Source: Dehalococcoidia bacterium (GTDB lineage: Bacteria > Chloroflexota > Dehalococcoidia > Lucifugimonadales > UBA2962). From it: a stretch of 64,000 nt of DNA. Positions 1 to 9,810 of this stretch are shown piece after piece. The stretch's first letter is position 1, and each line of letters starts with the position of its first letter. The notes below the pieces were generated by a model. It did not search any database and was not told the origin of the DNA. It worked only from the letters and a program-made list of their open reading frames with translations. The translations under genes were made by a program, and so were the position numbers. Location of the stretch: the NCBI GenBank assembly GCA_965207145.1, contig OZ242262.1:1352827-1416826 (forward strand). The letters run 5' to 3'.

Positions 1-51
1 CGCTATGAGTATCGCTATCAGGTAAGACCTGCGCAGTACGACGAATCTCAT
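1..51 (-). CDS. Hypothetical protein, 5' end only; the gene runs off the window start
   Basis: A minus-strand ATG at 51..49 lies 10 nt after the MoxR stop. It reads MRFVVLRRSYLIAILIA, a hydrophobic N-terminus, and remains open to position 1. Its position matches the DUF58-type partner usually found after MoxR, which is inference. Confidence 0.3.
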   Translation of the reverse strand, partial: MRFVVLRRSYLIAILIA

Positions 52-60
52 AATCTGTGT

Positions 61-1032
61 CTAGCGGCCTATGAATCCCTTAACGTGAGCGCCGGGAACC
101 GGCAGCGCTTCGACTATGCGGCGCGCGACGTCAGATCCCCTGACGCCCCTCATCCGCGCGGCCGCCGATACGATCATCCGATGGCTGAGGATGGGCTCGC
201 TAAGCTCCTTTACGTCGTCCGGGAGCACGAAGTCCCTGCCTCTGATCAGGGCCAGGGCCTGGCCGGCCCGGAATAGCGATATGGAGCCCCGCGGCGAGCA
301 TCCCAGGCTGATGTCGGCATCGTCGCGCGTGGACTCGACGATGGACACGATGTACTGGCGGACCAGTTCGTCGACGAACACTTCCCGGGCCGCGTCTTGC
401 ATCAGGACGATCTCGTCCGGCGAGGCAACCGCCCCGAGGGAGTCGATGGGATGCGCGGACTGCTGGTTGTTCACTATCTCGAGCTCTTGTTCCGTGTTCG
501 GATAGCCGAGAGTGATCATGAGCAGAAATCGGTCCAGCTGGGCCTCCGGCAGGGGGAATGTGCCCTCGTACTCGATCGGGTTCTGGGTGGCCATCACGGT
601 GAAGGGTCTGGGCAGCACGTGCGTCGTCCCCTCCACGGTCACCTGTTTCTCCTCCATGGCCTCAAGCAGGGCCGACTGGGTCTTGGGCGTGGCGCGGTTT
701 ATCTCGTCGGCCAGCACGATCTGGGAGATTATGGGTCCGGGCTTGAACTCGAACTCGGAGGTCTTCTGGTTGAATATCGAGACCCCGGTCACGTCGCTGG
801 GCAGCAGGTCGGGGGTGAACTGGATGCGCCGAAAGCTGCTGCCGGAGGATCGAGCCAGACTGCGCGCCAGCATGGTCTTGCCGACCCCGGGCACGTCCTC
901 TATGAGCACGTGGCCCTGGCAGATCAGGGCTATGAGCCCCAGCTCGATGGCCTGGTCCTTGCCAACGATTACGTGCTTTACGTTTTGTACGATTCGCCCG
1001 GCGATTTCCCGGGCTCTCTCTATGTCCGCCAT
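61..1032 (-). CDS. MoxR-family AAA+ ATPase
   Basis: 323-aa ORF with Walker A '[15 protein letters not shown]' and Walker B region '[23 protein letters not shown]'. It shows the full-length MoxR/RavA-like pattern. Confidence 0.9.
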   Translation of the reverse strand: MADIERAREIAGRIVQNVKHVIVGKDQAIELGLIALICQGHVLIEDVPGVGKTMLARSLARSSGSSFRRIQFTPDLLPSDVTGVSIFNQKTSEFEFKPGPIISQIVLADEINRATPKTQSALLEAMEEKQVTVEGTTHVLPRPFTVMATQNPIEYEGTFPLPEAQLDRFLLMITLGYPNTEQELEIVNNQQSAHPIDSLGAVASPDEIVLMQDAAREVFVDELVRQYIVSIVESTRDDADISLGCSPRGSISLFRAGQALALIRGRDFVLPDDVKELSEPILSHRMIVSAAARMRGVRGSDVARRIVEALPVPGAHVKGFIGR

Positions 1033-1387
1033 GGGTTCTCCCCGCGCCTCGTGCCGGTCACGTTGGTTGTCCGAGTACGTTTCATCGAGGGGCCAATCGC
1101 CCGGCCGGCGTCGGGGTACATATTACTGCCTTACGTCGCCCCGCATCCTATGGGCCAATGCCGCGCCTTGGACCGGAGCCCCGAACATCCGCTGCGCAGG
1201 TAAGCGGCGCCGAAGGCGATTGCTTTACCGGGGCGAGGCGGGCGGAGAGGCGGAGACCAGTGTCGGCCGTCGACTCCTCGTTCTGATCCGAAGGATGCGG
1301 ACCCTGCCGCCGGGACCGAGCCAGAGAGAACCGGGGGACCGGTCCGGTGCGGACGCTTGCCTGATACGGGCGGTTAAGAGGAAGGTT

Positions 1388-2311
1388 CTAGCCTGATGCG
1401 GCGCAGACCGGGTGGGAGGGGCTGACTCCGTTCGGCCATCCGTCCGGGACTCCGGTCTCGACCATTACCTCGACTTCGAGCCGCGTGGACCCGCCGCCCC
1501 TGAATACACCGTGAGTGGGCGCGACGTCACGGTAGTCTCGACCAACCGCCACCCTCACGTGCCGCTCTCCGGCAATGCTTCTATTGGTGGGATCGAGGCC
1601 TATCCACCCGAGATCGGGCAGGCGGCACTCAACCCAGGCGTGGCTGGCCTGGGCCCGTACGGATCGGCCCTCCCGGTCCACGATATGGAGATAGCCGGAG
1701 ACGTAGCGTGCCGGTATTCCCCAGAGCCGGGCGACGGCGATCATTACATGGGCGTAGTCCTGGCAGACGCCCCGACCCGATTCGAGGATATCTTCGATGG
1801 GCGATACAGCCGAGGTGCTGCCCGGCACATATTCGAAGGCCCGGTAGAGGATGTCGGAAAGGTCGAGCAGGGAGATGAGGGGATCGGCTCCAGGGCTCGC
1901 TATGCCATGTCCTTCGACGAATTCTTCCAGCGCGTGCGAGGGCCGTGCAAACTCGCTCGAGTGTATGAAGTCCCACTCGTCAAACGATTCTCTCCACGAG
2001 CGTATCTCCTCCCAGGCGTCAGGGCCCAGCGAGTCGGGCAGGGACGGGGCCGCAGTAGTTTGCACGGTGGATCGGGCCGTCACCACCAGCGAATCATGAT
2101 CCCGGTGGATGTTGAGGACGTGCTTTGAGTTGCCGAAGCAGTCCTTTTCCATGTTGATTGCCGACGAGGGATCGGTGGTGATCTCAAAGCCGAGAAGGCG
2201 CTGCGCCGAGTCGTGCCTGGGCGTCAGGCATAGGGACATCACGCTGTTGCGTATCGGCCAGGTGTACAGGTACCGGGAGATGTGCTCTATGTCGTAGCAG
2301 GCACGATCCAT
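1388..2311 (-). CDS. Transglutaminase-like family protein (Bact_transglu_N plus transglutaminase core)
   Basis: Catalytic Cys motif 'GVCQDYAHVMIAVARLWGIPARYVSGY', followed by 'SHAWVE' (His) and 'GLDPTN' (Asp). The ORF extends to 2404, but the Arg-rich leader looks non-coding. I prefer the ATG at 2311 (MDRACYDIEH...). Confidence 0.8.
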   Translation of the reverse strand: MDRACYDIEHISRYLYTWPIRNSVMSLCLTPRHDSAQRLLGFEITTDPSSAINMEKDCFGNSKHVLNIHRDHDSLVVTARSTVQTTAAPSLPDSLGPDAWEEIRSWRESFDEWDFIHSSEFARPSHALEEFVEGHGIASPGADPLISLLDLSDILYRAFEYVPGSTSAVSPIEDILESGRGVCQDYAHVMIAVARLWGIPARYVSGYLHIVDREGRSVRAQASHAWVECRLPDLGWIGLDPTNRSIAGERHVRVAVGRDYRDVAPTHGVFRGGGSTRLEVEVMVETGVPDGWPNGVSPSHPVCAASG

Positions 2312-2674
2312 AACGTCATCAGTCTTCTCAACTGGCCGTCGACTTCTAAAACGTCGTGGAGACCGCCGAGTTACCTGGGCGGCCCGCAAGTCTCGCCTGC
2401 CCATCCGGGTTCCGCAGTCCTCAGCACGGGAAGCAGGCCCCGACTGCGAGCCCGACGATCGCCTAGCACGAGTCTACTGCATCGACCTGCGGGTTCGGAG
2501 GAATTTGTGGGGTCCGTTCAGGCATGGACTTTGAGGCTACGGCCCTTCAGTATCCTTCCTGTCAACATGATCTTTCCTTGCCAATCGGCTGGCCGGCGGC
2601 GCATGCTCACCGATCTCGGCCGGCACCGGTCACGGGCCGCAAGAGATCAGGTCGACCAGGGGTGACATGAACCG

Positions 2675-3409
2675 GTGAGATTGTTCCGGACGCAGCTTAC
2701 GAGGAGTCTGGTCGCGCTGGCGGTACTGGTGGGTGCGGCCATCGCGGGCTACATGTCGATCGAGGGCTGGTCGCTCCTGGATGCCGCCTACATGACGGTG
2801 GTTACCTTCACTACGGTCGGGTACGAGGAGGTCCGTCCACTTTCCTCGGCCGGGCGAGTGTTCACGATGTTCCTGATGGTGGCTGGCGTAGCGGTGATGC
2901 TGTACATCCTGTCCACCGTCATGCAGTTGGTCGTGGCGCAGGAGATGTTGCGGAGCCTTGTGCGGAGGCACAGAATGAGGAGCCGTATGGCTAGACTTAC
3001 CGGCCATTTCATAGTTTGCGGCTACGGGCGAGTCGGCATGGCGGTTGCCCATGCGCTGAGCGAAAGATCGTCGAAAATCATCGTCATAGAAAGGGACGAT
3101 AGGGCGATTGCCGATGCGGAAGAGAGGGGTTTTCTCTGCATAGGCGGGGATTCGACCATTGACGATAACCTGGAAGCCGCGCAGGTCAGGGAAGCGGCGT
3201 GCTTGATCGCCGCAACCGGTGACGATAGCCAGAACGTCTACATATCCCTTTCGGCCCGCACCCTGAACCCGGACCTGCATATCGTGGCTCGCGCTTCCAG
3301 GGCCGATGCCGAGGAGAAGCTGCGGAGGGCGGGGGCGGACGAAGTGATACTGCCCCACGTCATAGTCGGACAGCAGATGGCGCTCACGGCTCTGGAGCAT
3401 TCCCGCTAG
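2675..3409 (+). CDS. Two-TM potassium-channel-like protein with a C-terminal RCK/TrkA-N domain
   Basis: GTG start. Has TM1, a pore helix, the filter 'FTTVGYEEV' and TM2, followed by the Rossmann motif 'FIVCGYGRVGMAVAHAL' typical of TrkA-N. The filter deviates from TVGYG (see findings). Confidence 0.8.
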   Translation: MRLFRTQLTRSLVALAVLVGAAIAGYMSIEGWSLLDAAYMTVVTFTTVGYEEVRPLSSAGRVFTMFLMVAGVAVMLYILSTVMQLVVAQEMLRSLVRRHRMRSRMARLTGHFIVCGYGRVGMAVAHALSERSSKIIVIERDDRAIADAEERGFLCIGGDSTIDDNLEAAQVREAACLIAATGDDSQNVYISLSARTLNPDLHIVARASRADAEEKLRRAGADEVILPHVIVGQQMALTALEHSR

Positions 3410-3624
3410 CTCTCTGCTTGGCAACCCGACGGACCGGATCGTTGGTCACGAACTCTCCCGCCTTGAGTGCGCCTGGGGCAGGGTGGACCCCTTGAAAGCC
3501 GTTACGTTTCCGGCCTTAGCTTCTGAGTCGTTTTCGCTAGCAGGCCGCAGGCGTATAGACTGATATTTCACCGGGCGGACAGTCCCGCCGGAAGCAATCT
3601 GACTCCAGGGAGCACGAGCAAGCC

Positions 3625-4422
3625 ATGCCGGAAGTTACATCGCACGCCCACGGCGCACCATCATGGGCCGACCTTTCCACCACCGACGAGTCGGCGGCCC
3701 TTTCCTTCTACGCCGCGCTGTTCGGATGGGCGGACGAACCTCAGGAAATGGGGCCGAACAGTTACTACCACTTACAAAAGGTCAATGGCCGCTCCGCCTG
3801 CGCCATCTACCAGCAGAGCGAGGAGGAGCGGAGCCAGAACGTCCCCTCCCACTGGAACATATACATCACGGTAAATGACGTGGAAGAGGCCGCGGCCGCC
3901 ATTCGCAAAAACGGCGGTCAGGTTGTATTCGGGCCCATGGACGTATTTGAGGCCGGCCGCATGGCGATGTGCCAGGATCCCCAGGGGGCCTTCTTTGCCG
4001 TGTGGCAGGCAAAAGAGCACATCGGCGCTGAAATCAAGGGCGAGACCGGGGCCATGTACTGGCATGAACTGCTGACGACCGACAGGGCCGGCGCCTTAGA
4101 GTTCTACAAGGCGGTGTTCGGACTTGAGAGTTTCCAGGTTCCGGAATCGCAACTGGACTACGTGATGCTGCGGACCGAGGGGACCGAGGTGGCCGGGGTC
4201 CTTCAGATCACCCCAGAAATGGGCGAATTCCCGCCCCACTGGTCGGTCTACTTCGGAGTAGAAAGCGCCGACGCCACGGTCGAGCAGGCCAGGTCGCTGG
4301 GCGCGGCGGTATACGTGCCGCCCACCGATATCGTTCCGGTCGAGGGCAACCCTGCCATGGGCCGCTTTTCGTCGCTGGCTGATCCACAGGGCGCTTCTTT
4401 TTCGATCTTCGAATCAGCCTGA
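3625..4422 (+). CDS. VOC (glyoxalase/bleomycin-resistance/dioxygenase) family protein with two tandem domains
   Basis: The repeated pattern 'SWADLSTTD..AALSFYAALFGW' and 'YWHELLTTD..GALEFYKAVFGL', with 'GRMAMCQDPQGAFFAVWQ' and 'GRFSSLADPQGASFSIFE', is typical of two-domain VOC proteins. Confidence 0.8.
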   Translation: MPEVTSHAHGAPSWADLSTTDESAALSFYAALFGWADEPQEMGPNSYYHLQKVNGRSACAIYQQSEEERSQNVPSHWNIYITVNDVEEAAAAIRKNGGQVVFGPMDVFEAGRMAMCQDPQGAFFAVWQAKEHIGAEIKGETGAMYWHELLTTDRAGALEFYKAVFGLESFQVPESQLDYVMLRTEGTEVAGVLQITPEMGEFPPHWSVYFGVESADATVEQARSLGAAVYVPPTDIVPVEGNPAMGRFSSLADPQGASFSIFESA

Positions 4423-4473
4423 AGGACCCGGGGCAGCAGGTCTCTTCGACGGCTCGGCCTGTAAGCTCCCGCC

Positions 4474-6039
4474 TCAGGCCTTCCGCAGGGCCCTGCCCGC
4501 CAATGCGCCGGTGTGGCGACCTTCGTCTATGACGATGGTGCCGTTGACGATCACATAGTCGACCCCGTCGGAGAGCTGCTTGGGCCTTGAGCGGCTGACG
4601 TTGGGCCTGATCACTGCGGGGTCGAAGATGACTAGATCGGCGAAGAAGCCGTCTCTCAGAATCCCCCGGTCGTGTATGCCGAGTCTCTGAGCCGGTCCGG
4701 ACGTCATCTTTCGGATCGCCTCCTCCAATCTGATGCGCCCCTCCTCGCGCACCATCATCGACAGGAACATCGGGTAGCATCCGTAAGCCATCGGGGATGG
4801 ATAATCGCCGATCATGACCGCATCGCTGCCAACCATGTAGAGCGGATGGACCATGAAGTCCGGCAGCGTTCCCTGGTCGATGACCTCGCCGACGAACGAG
4901 ACTCCAAGGCTCTCTTCAATGAGCAGTTCTGACATCGTATCTACCGGATGCTGCCCGCGCGCCTCGGAGACGGAGGCTACCGACCTGCCCTCGTAGCACT
5001 TGTTGTGGGCGAGCTTGAAATTGGTCATCCAAATCTCATCCCAGTCCCGCGCTAGAGGGATTACCTCGTCGCGCAACTGCTCTCTGGCTTCTCCGTCCTT
5101 GAGTACTTCCAGGGTCCTACGAGGACCGCCGTCCTGGATCCACTGCGGGAACATGATCAGGATCTTTGTGGGACCGAAGGGATACGGGAACATATCGAAC
5201 GTAACGTCCATCCCGCCGGCCCTCGCGTCCTCCACCAGCTCCATGATGCGACCGGCGCCCCCCGGGTGCGTCACAAGCCGGCACAGGTGGGTGAGGTGAA
5301 CCGGCACGTCGGCCCTCCGTCCTATCTCCAGGGCCTCCCTGAAGGGATCCAGGTACCGGTCGCCCAGGCTGTACCTGACGTGCGTGTGGTAAAAGCCTCC
5401 CAGCCTGGCCGTCTGCTCACACAGCGCCACCAGCTCGTCCGTATCCGCAAAGCTGCCAGGCGGATAGTCCAGGCCCGTGGAAAGTCCGAACGCCCCGTCC
5501 TCGATCGCCTCTCTCAGGAGGCCGATCTGAACGTCCATCTCGGCGGCCGTCGGCTGGCGCATATTCCAGCCCACCGATCCGGCCCTGATTGGGGAATTGC
5601 CGACCATCGTCGCGATGTTCACGGCGACACTTCCGTCGTATACGTCCAGGTACTCTGAGACCGAGCCCCACGTCTTGGGCGTCGACGGAGATCCGTCGAA
5701 ACCGGAGTTAAGCCAGATCAGGTCGCGACGGTCCTCCTCCCGCCTGAACGGCGCATAAGAGACGCCATCGATACCGATGACCTCGGTGGTGACGCCCTGG
5801 TGGACCTTTGGCATGTGCTCGGGATCGTCCAGGATGACCAGGCTCGAATGTGCGTGGACGTCGATGAAGCCGGGGCACACCACCTTGCCCGTCGCGTCGA
5901 TCGTCTGCACCGCCTCGACCTCGGAAACCTCACCCCGCAATATGCGGAGCCGGTCTCCTTCGACCGCGACGCTGGCGTATATCGCGGGCGCACCGGTACC
6001 GTCCAATACCCTGCCGCCGTTTATCAACAGATCGATCAC
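4474..6039 (-). CDS. N-acyl-D-amino-acid deacylase (D-aminoacylase) family amidohydrolase
   Basis: 521 aa. The N-terminal 'LLINGGRVLDGTG...GFIDVHAHS' carries the amidohydrolase HxH metal site. The C-terminus 'ADLVIFDP..VDYVIVNG' matches the D-aminoacylase beta-sandwich. Confidence 0.8.
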   Translation of the reverse strand: MIDLLINGGRVLDGTGAPAIYASVAVEGDRLRILRGEVSEVEAVQTIDATGKVVCPGFIDVHAHSSLVILDDPEHMPKVHQGVTTEVIGIDGVSYAPFRREEDRRDLIWLNSGFDGSPSTPKTWGSVSEYLDVYDGSVAVNIATMVGNSPIRAGSVGWNMRQPTAAEMDVQIGLLREAIEDGAFGLSTGLDYPPGSFADTDELVALCEQTARLGGFYHTHVRYSLGDRYLDPFREALEIGRRADVPVHLTHLCRLVTHPGGAGRIMELVEDARAGGMDVTFDMFPYPFGPTKILIMFPQWIQDGGPRRTLEVLKDGEAREQLRDEVIPLARDWDEIWMTNFKLAHNKCYEGRSVASVSEARGQHPVDTMSELLIEESLGVSFVGEVIDQGTLPDFMVHPLYMVGSDAVMIGDYPSPMAYGCYPMFLSMMVREEGRIRLEEAIRKMTSGPAQRLGIHDRGILRDGFFADLVIFDPAVIRPNVSRSRPKQLSDGVDYVIVNGTIVIDEGRHTGALAGRALRKA

Positions 6040-6147
6040 GCTCGCTACCTCCTGCCGCTAGGTTCCAAGGCCCTCCGAAGGCCACCAGAGTCGGAGCCCC
6101 CCTTCTCCACCCTGAAGTGTCGCGCTGCGGCTAAGCCGGGGCGACCC

Positions 6148-7821
6148 CTAGGTAAGCCTGTAGAGACGATTGAGGGGCACCTGCGTAACAGCCTCGGAGG
6201 TCACCGGCACGTCGTCCACGGTCACCTGTGCAGCCTGCCCGTCGACCTCTATATGCGGGCTCACGCTGTTGTGGAGCATCGCGCCCTTCCTGACTGTCCG
6301 GACGCCCGCCACTGGCCTCAGGCCCCTGGCTGTCCTGAGTCGACGACTAAGACCCGACTCGATCGAATCGGAGGACACGAACAGGGCGCTCAGGGCAGAC
6401 GGGTTGATGCCGATGCCCCCGAACATGGGTCCGTACGAGGTTGGCTCAGAGCCTGGCACCGTGGCGTTTCCCTCGCCCATCGGTCCCCAGGCTACGAAGC
6501 CTCCCTTCATCACCACTTCGGGCTTGATGCCGAAGAAGGCCGGTCGCCAAAGGACCACGTCGGCCATCTTGCCCGCCTCCAGTGATCCGACGTGGTCGGC
6601 GATGCCGTGGGTGATGGCAGGATTAATCGTGTACTTGGCGATGTACTGGCGGATCCGGTCGTTGTCGTTGTCGGGGTTCACCGCACCGCGCTCGGCCTTC
6701 ATCTTGTGCGCCAGTTGCCAGGTGCGGGTAATGACCTCGCCGATCCGACCCATCCCCTGTGAGTCGGAGTTGATGACCGGTATGGCGCCAAGGTCGTGCA
6801 GGACGTCCTCGGCGGCCATCGTCTGTTGTCGAAGCCTGCCGCCCAGCGCAGCTGCGTCCGACGGGATACTCAGGTCGAGCAAATGGCAAATCACGGTCAT
6901 CGCGAAGTGCTCCTGCAACGTGCCAACCGAGTACGGCAGGGTGGGCGTCGTCGAAGACGGGATGATGTTGTCGACACCCGCCATAGTCAGCAGGTCGGGA
7001 GCGTGGCCGCCCCCGGCTCCCTCGATGTGGTAGGCATGCACTGCTCGACCGTCGATTGCCTCGATGGTGCCGCGCACGTCGGCCGATTCCTGCAGTCCGT
7101 CCGTGTGTAGCGCGACCGAGACGTCGGCCTGCTCGGCGATCCGCAGGCAGGTGTCGATAACGTTGCCGTAGGCGCCAAGGTCCTCATGGATCTTAAAGCC
7201 GCACGCCCCGGCCTCGATGCTCTCTTCCATGGGGAGCGGGCTCGTGGCGCTTCCGGAGGCCTGGAGCCCGAGGTTGACAGGCAGGTGCTCGAATGCCTCG
7301 AAGGAGCGCTGCAGGATGAGCTGGCCGTTGTCGAATACGCCGCCGCCGATGAGGGTGGTGATTCCGGCCGCCAGTGCCGCCTCCACCACCCTGGGGGTCA
7401 CTATGTGAACGTGACTGTCGACCCCGCCGGGGGTGGCGATCATGCCGACCCCGCTGATGATTACGGTGTTTGCTCCGATCTCGAGATCGACCTCGTCCAT
7501 GATGTCGCCGCTGCCGGCGCGGCCGATTCCGACGATCAGCCCGTCTTTGACCCCGATGCTGCCCTTTCGCACCCCCAGCACCGGATCGACGATGACCACT
7601 CCCGCGATCACGTAGTCAAGGTCCGAGGCCCGGGTGCGGCGGTGGGCCATGAGCATGCCGGCCCGGATGTTCTTGCCCCAGCCCAGCAGCGCCTCCTCGC
7701 CGTACTGAGTCGAATCCGACTCCACCTCGGCCACGATGTTGGTGTCACCGAGCCTGATGCGGTCACCAGTCGTCGGACCGTAGGTCCCCGCATAGCGGTG
7801 TCGGTCGATCTCAAACGGCAT
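6148..7821 (-). CDS. ureC: Urease alpha subunit
   Basis: N-terminus 'YGPTTGDRIRLGDT', 'GGVDSHVHIV' (HxH), 'GFKIHEDLG' (carbamylated Lys position), 'ALHTDGL', 'YHIEGAGGGHAPD', 'VICHLLD' and 'NSDSQGMGRIGEV'. All canonical active-site positions are recognisable. Confidence 0.92.
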   Translation of the reverse strand: MPFEIDRHRYAGTYGPTTGDRIRLGDTNIVAEVESDSTQYGEEALLGWGKNIRAGMLMAHRRTRASDLDYVIAGVVIVDPVLGVRKGSIGVKDGLIVGIGRAGSGDIMDEVDLEIGANTVIISGVGMIATPGGVDSHVHIVTPRVVEAALAAGITTLIGGGVFDNGQLILQRSFEAFEHLPVNLGLQASGSATSPLPMEESIEAGACGFKIHEDLGAYGNVIDTCLRIAEQADVSVALHTDGLQESADVRGTIEAIDGRAVHAYHIEGAGGGHAPDLLTMAGVDNIIPSSTTPTLPYSVGTLQEHFAMTVICHLLDLSIPSDAAALGGRLRQQTMAAEDVLHDLGAIPVINSDSQGMGRIGEVITRTWQLAHKMKAERGAVNPDNDNDRIRQYIAKYTINPAITHGIADHVGSLEAGKMADVVLWRPAFFGIKPEVVMKGGFVAWGPMGEGNATVPGSEPTSYGPMFGGIGINPSALSALFVSSDSIESGLSRRLRTARGLRPVAGVRTVRKGAMLHNSVSPHIEVDGQAAQVTVDDVPVTSEAVTQVPLNRLYRLT

Positions 7822-7872
7822 ATGACATCCCTTCTTTCGGGCAGGGCGAGGTGGCAGCCGATCGCCTGCCGA

Positions 7873-8280
7873 TCAAGCCTTCGCCTGTCCTGTGTCGCGA
7901 AACCCGGCCGATCTCAGCATGGTCAGGGCGGTCTCGACGTCGTCGAGAGCCCCGTTCACAAAGCCCTGAAAACCGTGAACATGCCTTCGGCCGGCTAGAG
8001 GTATGAGGTCGACCGTCGTTTCTTCGCCCGGTGCCCAGCGCACGCCCGTGCCCGCTGCCACGTCCAGGCGCATCCCGTACGCCGCTCTTCTGTCGAAGGC
8101 CAGGTCCCTGTTCGCCTCGAAGAAGTGGTAGTGGGAAGACACGTAGACGACCCTGTCGGACTCGTTCCTGACGCTAACCGACCTTGTCTCCCGCCCTTCA
8201 TTTACAGTGAGCTTGCCAGCCGCCACGATCACCTCGCCTGGCTTTGGCATCGTCCCTTCTCCCATCGGCGTGTGAGCCAC
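7873..8280 (-). CDS. ureB: Urease beta subunit
   Basis: 'PGEVIV..LTVNEGRE..VSVRNESDRVVYVSSHYHFFEANRDLAFDRRAAYGMRLDVAAGTGVRWAPGE'. The GTG at 8280 overlaps the ureA stop by 1 nt. Alternative ATG starts lie at 8265 and 8250. Confidence 0.9.
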   Translation of the reverse strand: MAHTPMGEGTMPKPGEVIVAAGKLTVNEGRETRSVSVRNESDRVVYVSSHYHFFEANRDLAFDRRAAYGMRLDVAAGTGVRWAPGEETTVDLIPLAGRRHVHGFQGFVNGALDDVETALTMLRSAGFRDTGQAKA

Positions 8281-8582
8281 TATCTGATCGGATCGTCGAT
8301 TACGAGCAGCTTGGTACCGCTGTCGAAACCCGCTTCGACCCTTATCGGATCGGCCAGTTCGGCCACACCCTCCAGCACCTCGTCGGCGGTGAGGATCCGG
8401 CTGGCCAGCTCGAGGACCTCTTCGTAGCTCCTTCCGGCCCTGGCCTCCTCCATCACCTCATCGCAGATCAGCGCCACGGCCTCCGGGTGGTTGAGCCTTA
8501 TGCCTCTCGCCCGTCTGCGCCGGGCCATCTCAGCCACCGAGAAGATTGTGATCCTATCCATCTCCCTTGGAGTGAGCCTCAT
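8280..8582 (-). CDS. ureA: Urease gamma subunit
   Basis: 100 aa reading 'MRLTPREMDRITIFSVAEMARRRRARGIRLNHPEAVALICDEVMEEARAGRS', a canonical UreA pattern along its whole length. Confidence 0.92.
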   Translation of the reverse strand: MRLTPREMDRITIFSVAEMARRRRARGIRLNHPEAVALICDEVMEEARAGRSYEEVLELASRILTADEVLEGVAELADPIRVEAGFDSGTKLLVIDDPIR

Positions 8583-8817
8583 GTTTGTGCTCCTCTAGCT
8601 CGTTGCGGTCCACCCTAAGGTGGCCCTTCGTGAAGGTCAACGGTTGGAAGGGATTTCTGCCGGAGTCGGCCGTCTCGGGTCAACGAGCATCAGGCAGGAA
8701 CCGCCAGCGAGGTAGGCGCTGAGCCCTGCGATCTGGTGATCCGGCTGGCGCGGCCCTCGGCTCGGGAAGTTGAAGGTGACCGTCCTTGAGCCGGGCTTTC
8801 GCACCGCCACAGGTCGG

Positions 8818-9369
8818 CTATACGACCTCAAGTCGATGATGGGGTCGGGAAGGCAGCTCGATGGAGATGGAATCGCCCGATTTGACTTCGCCCCCCGCAA
8901 GCACGATGGACATGACTCCGGCTTTGCGGACAAGGCCGCCATCGGGATCGCGTTCTAGGACAGCCGCCATCAGTCCCGGCTCAAGTCCATCGAGCTGCCT
9001 GCATGGATTGCGCAGTCCGGTTATCTCAACCACCGCGGCTTCGCCGAGCGTCAATCTGGTTCCGCGCGGCAATTCTAGGAGGTCGATGCCGCGGGTGGTT
9101 ATGTTCTCTCCCATCTGCCCGGCCGCCACCCGGAAGCCGGCCTCACTAAGTTCGTCGTGCAGCTCGGCGTGGATCAGGTGCACCTGCCTCAGGTTGGGCA
9201 GGCTCGGATCGCGGGCCACGCGCGACCTGTGCTTGACCGTTGCGCCGCGGTGTGCGTCATCTTCTACTCCCACGCCAGCGAGCAGCCGGATGCGGCTTCG
9301 GTTCGGTTTGGCCATCGAATGCGTTGGACTACTGCTCACCGCCTCAACCATCCCCCTGCCGTCAGACAT
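8818..9369 (-). CDS. MOSC domain-containing protein
   Basis: 'MGENITTRGIDLLELPRGTRLTLGEAAVVEITGLRNPCRQLD' carries the conserved MOSC Cys context. The true start may be an internal Met. Confidence 0.75.
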   Translation of the reverse strand: MSDGRGMVEAVSSSPTHSMAKPNRSRIRLLAGVGVEDDAHRGATVKHRSRVARDPSLPNLRQVHLIHAELHDELSEAGFRVAAGQMGENITTRGIDLLELPRGTRLTLGEAAVVEITGLRNPCRQLDGLEPGLMAAVLERDPDGGLVRKAGVMSIVLAGGEVKSGDSISIELPSRPHHRLEVV

Positions 9370-9810
9370 GCTTGCGCCCTGGCCGCCGGTCCGCCAGACG
9401 GTCGCCGCAACGACCGCGCCGCACGATCAACGACCTAGCCTTAGGCCGTCCATTCCGAGCCTTTTCTTTACTTCTCATTTCCCGCGAACACCGAATTAAG
9501 CGAGCCAGAGCCTACATTAGCGAACCGGCGAGGGGAGCCGCTCGCCTGGGTCAATTTATCGCAGCCTCCGTACATACCCTAACTTCTATAAGGGGAGTCA
9601 ACCGAGTGCGTGCAGCCTCATGGTCTATGCGGAGGGTAGGTGCAGCCCCCGGACGATCAACGGGCGAGGCCGGCACGTTAGAGAAATTCGTGGTCCCGGT
9701 GCAGCGCTTTCTCGCATCGTAGATTTCGGCCCAAGGGAGGTCGGTTAACCTTGAATTACAGGGGAAGGCAGGTGCGAAAGAGGGTGGGTCTGTCTCCACA
9801 GGGAGGATAG

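Noticed and set aside
397-1396. Long plus-strand ORFs (397-1203, 512-1396) antisense to MoxR. The same class occurs elsewhere: 12109-13101, 13150-14121, 20598-21506, 25143-26126, 42332-43240, 50128-51399, 51819-52802, 55386-56384
   Set aside because: These are typical high-GC antisense shadow ORFs. They have Arg/Gly/Pro/His-rich low-information composition, no motifs, and each is fully covered by a well-supported gene on the other strand.
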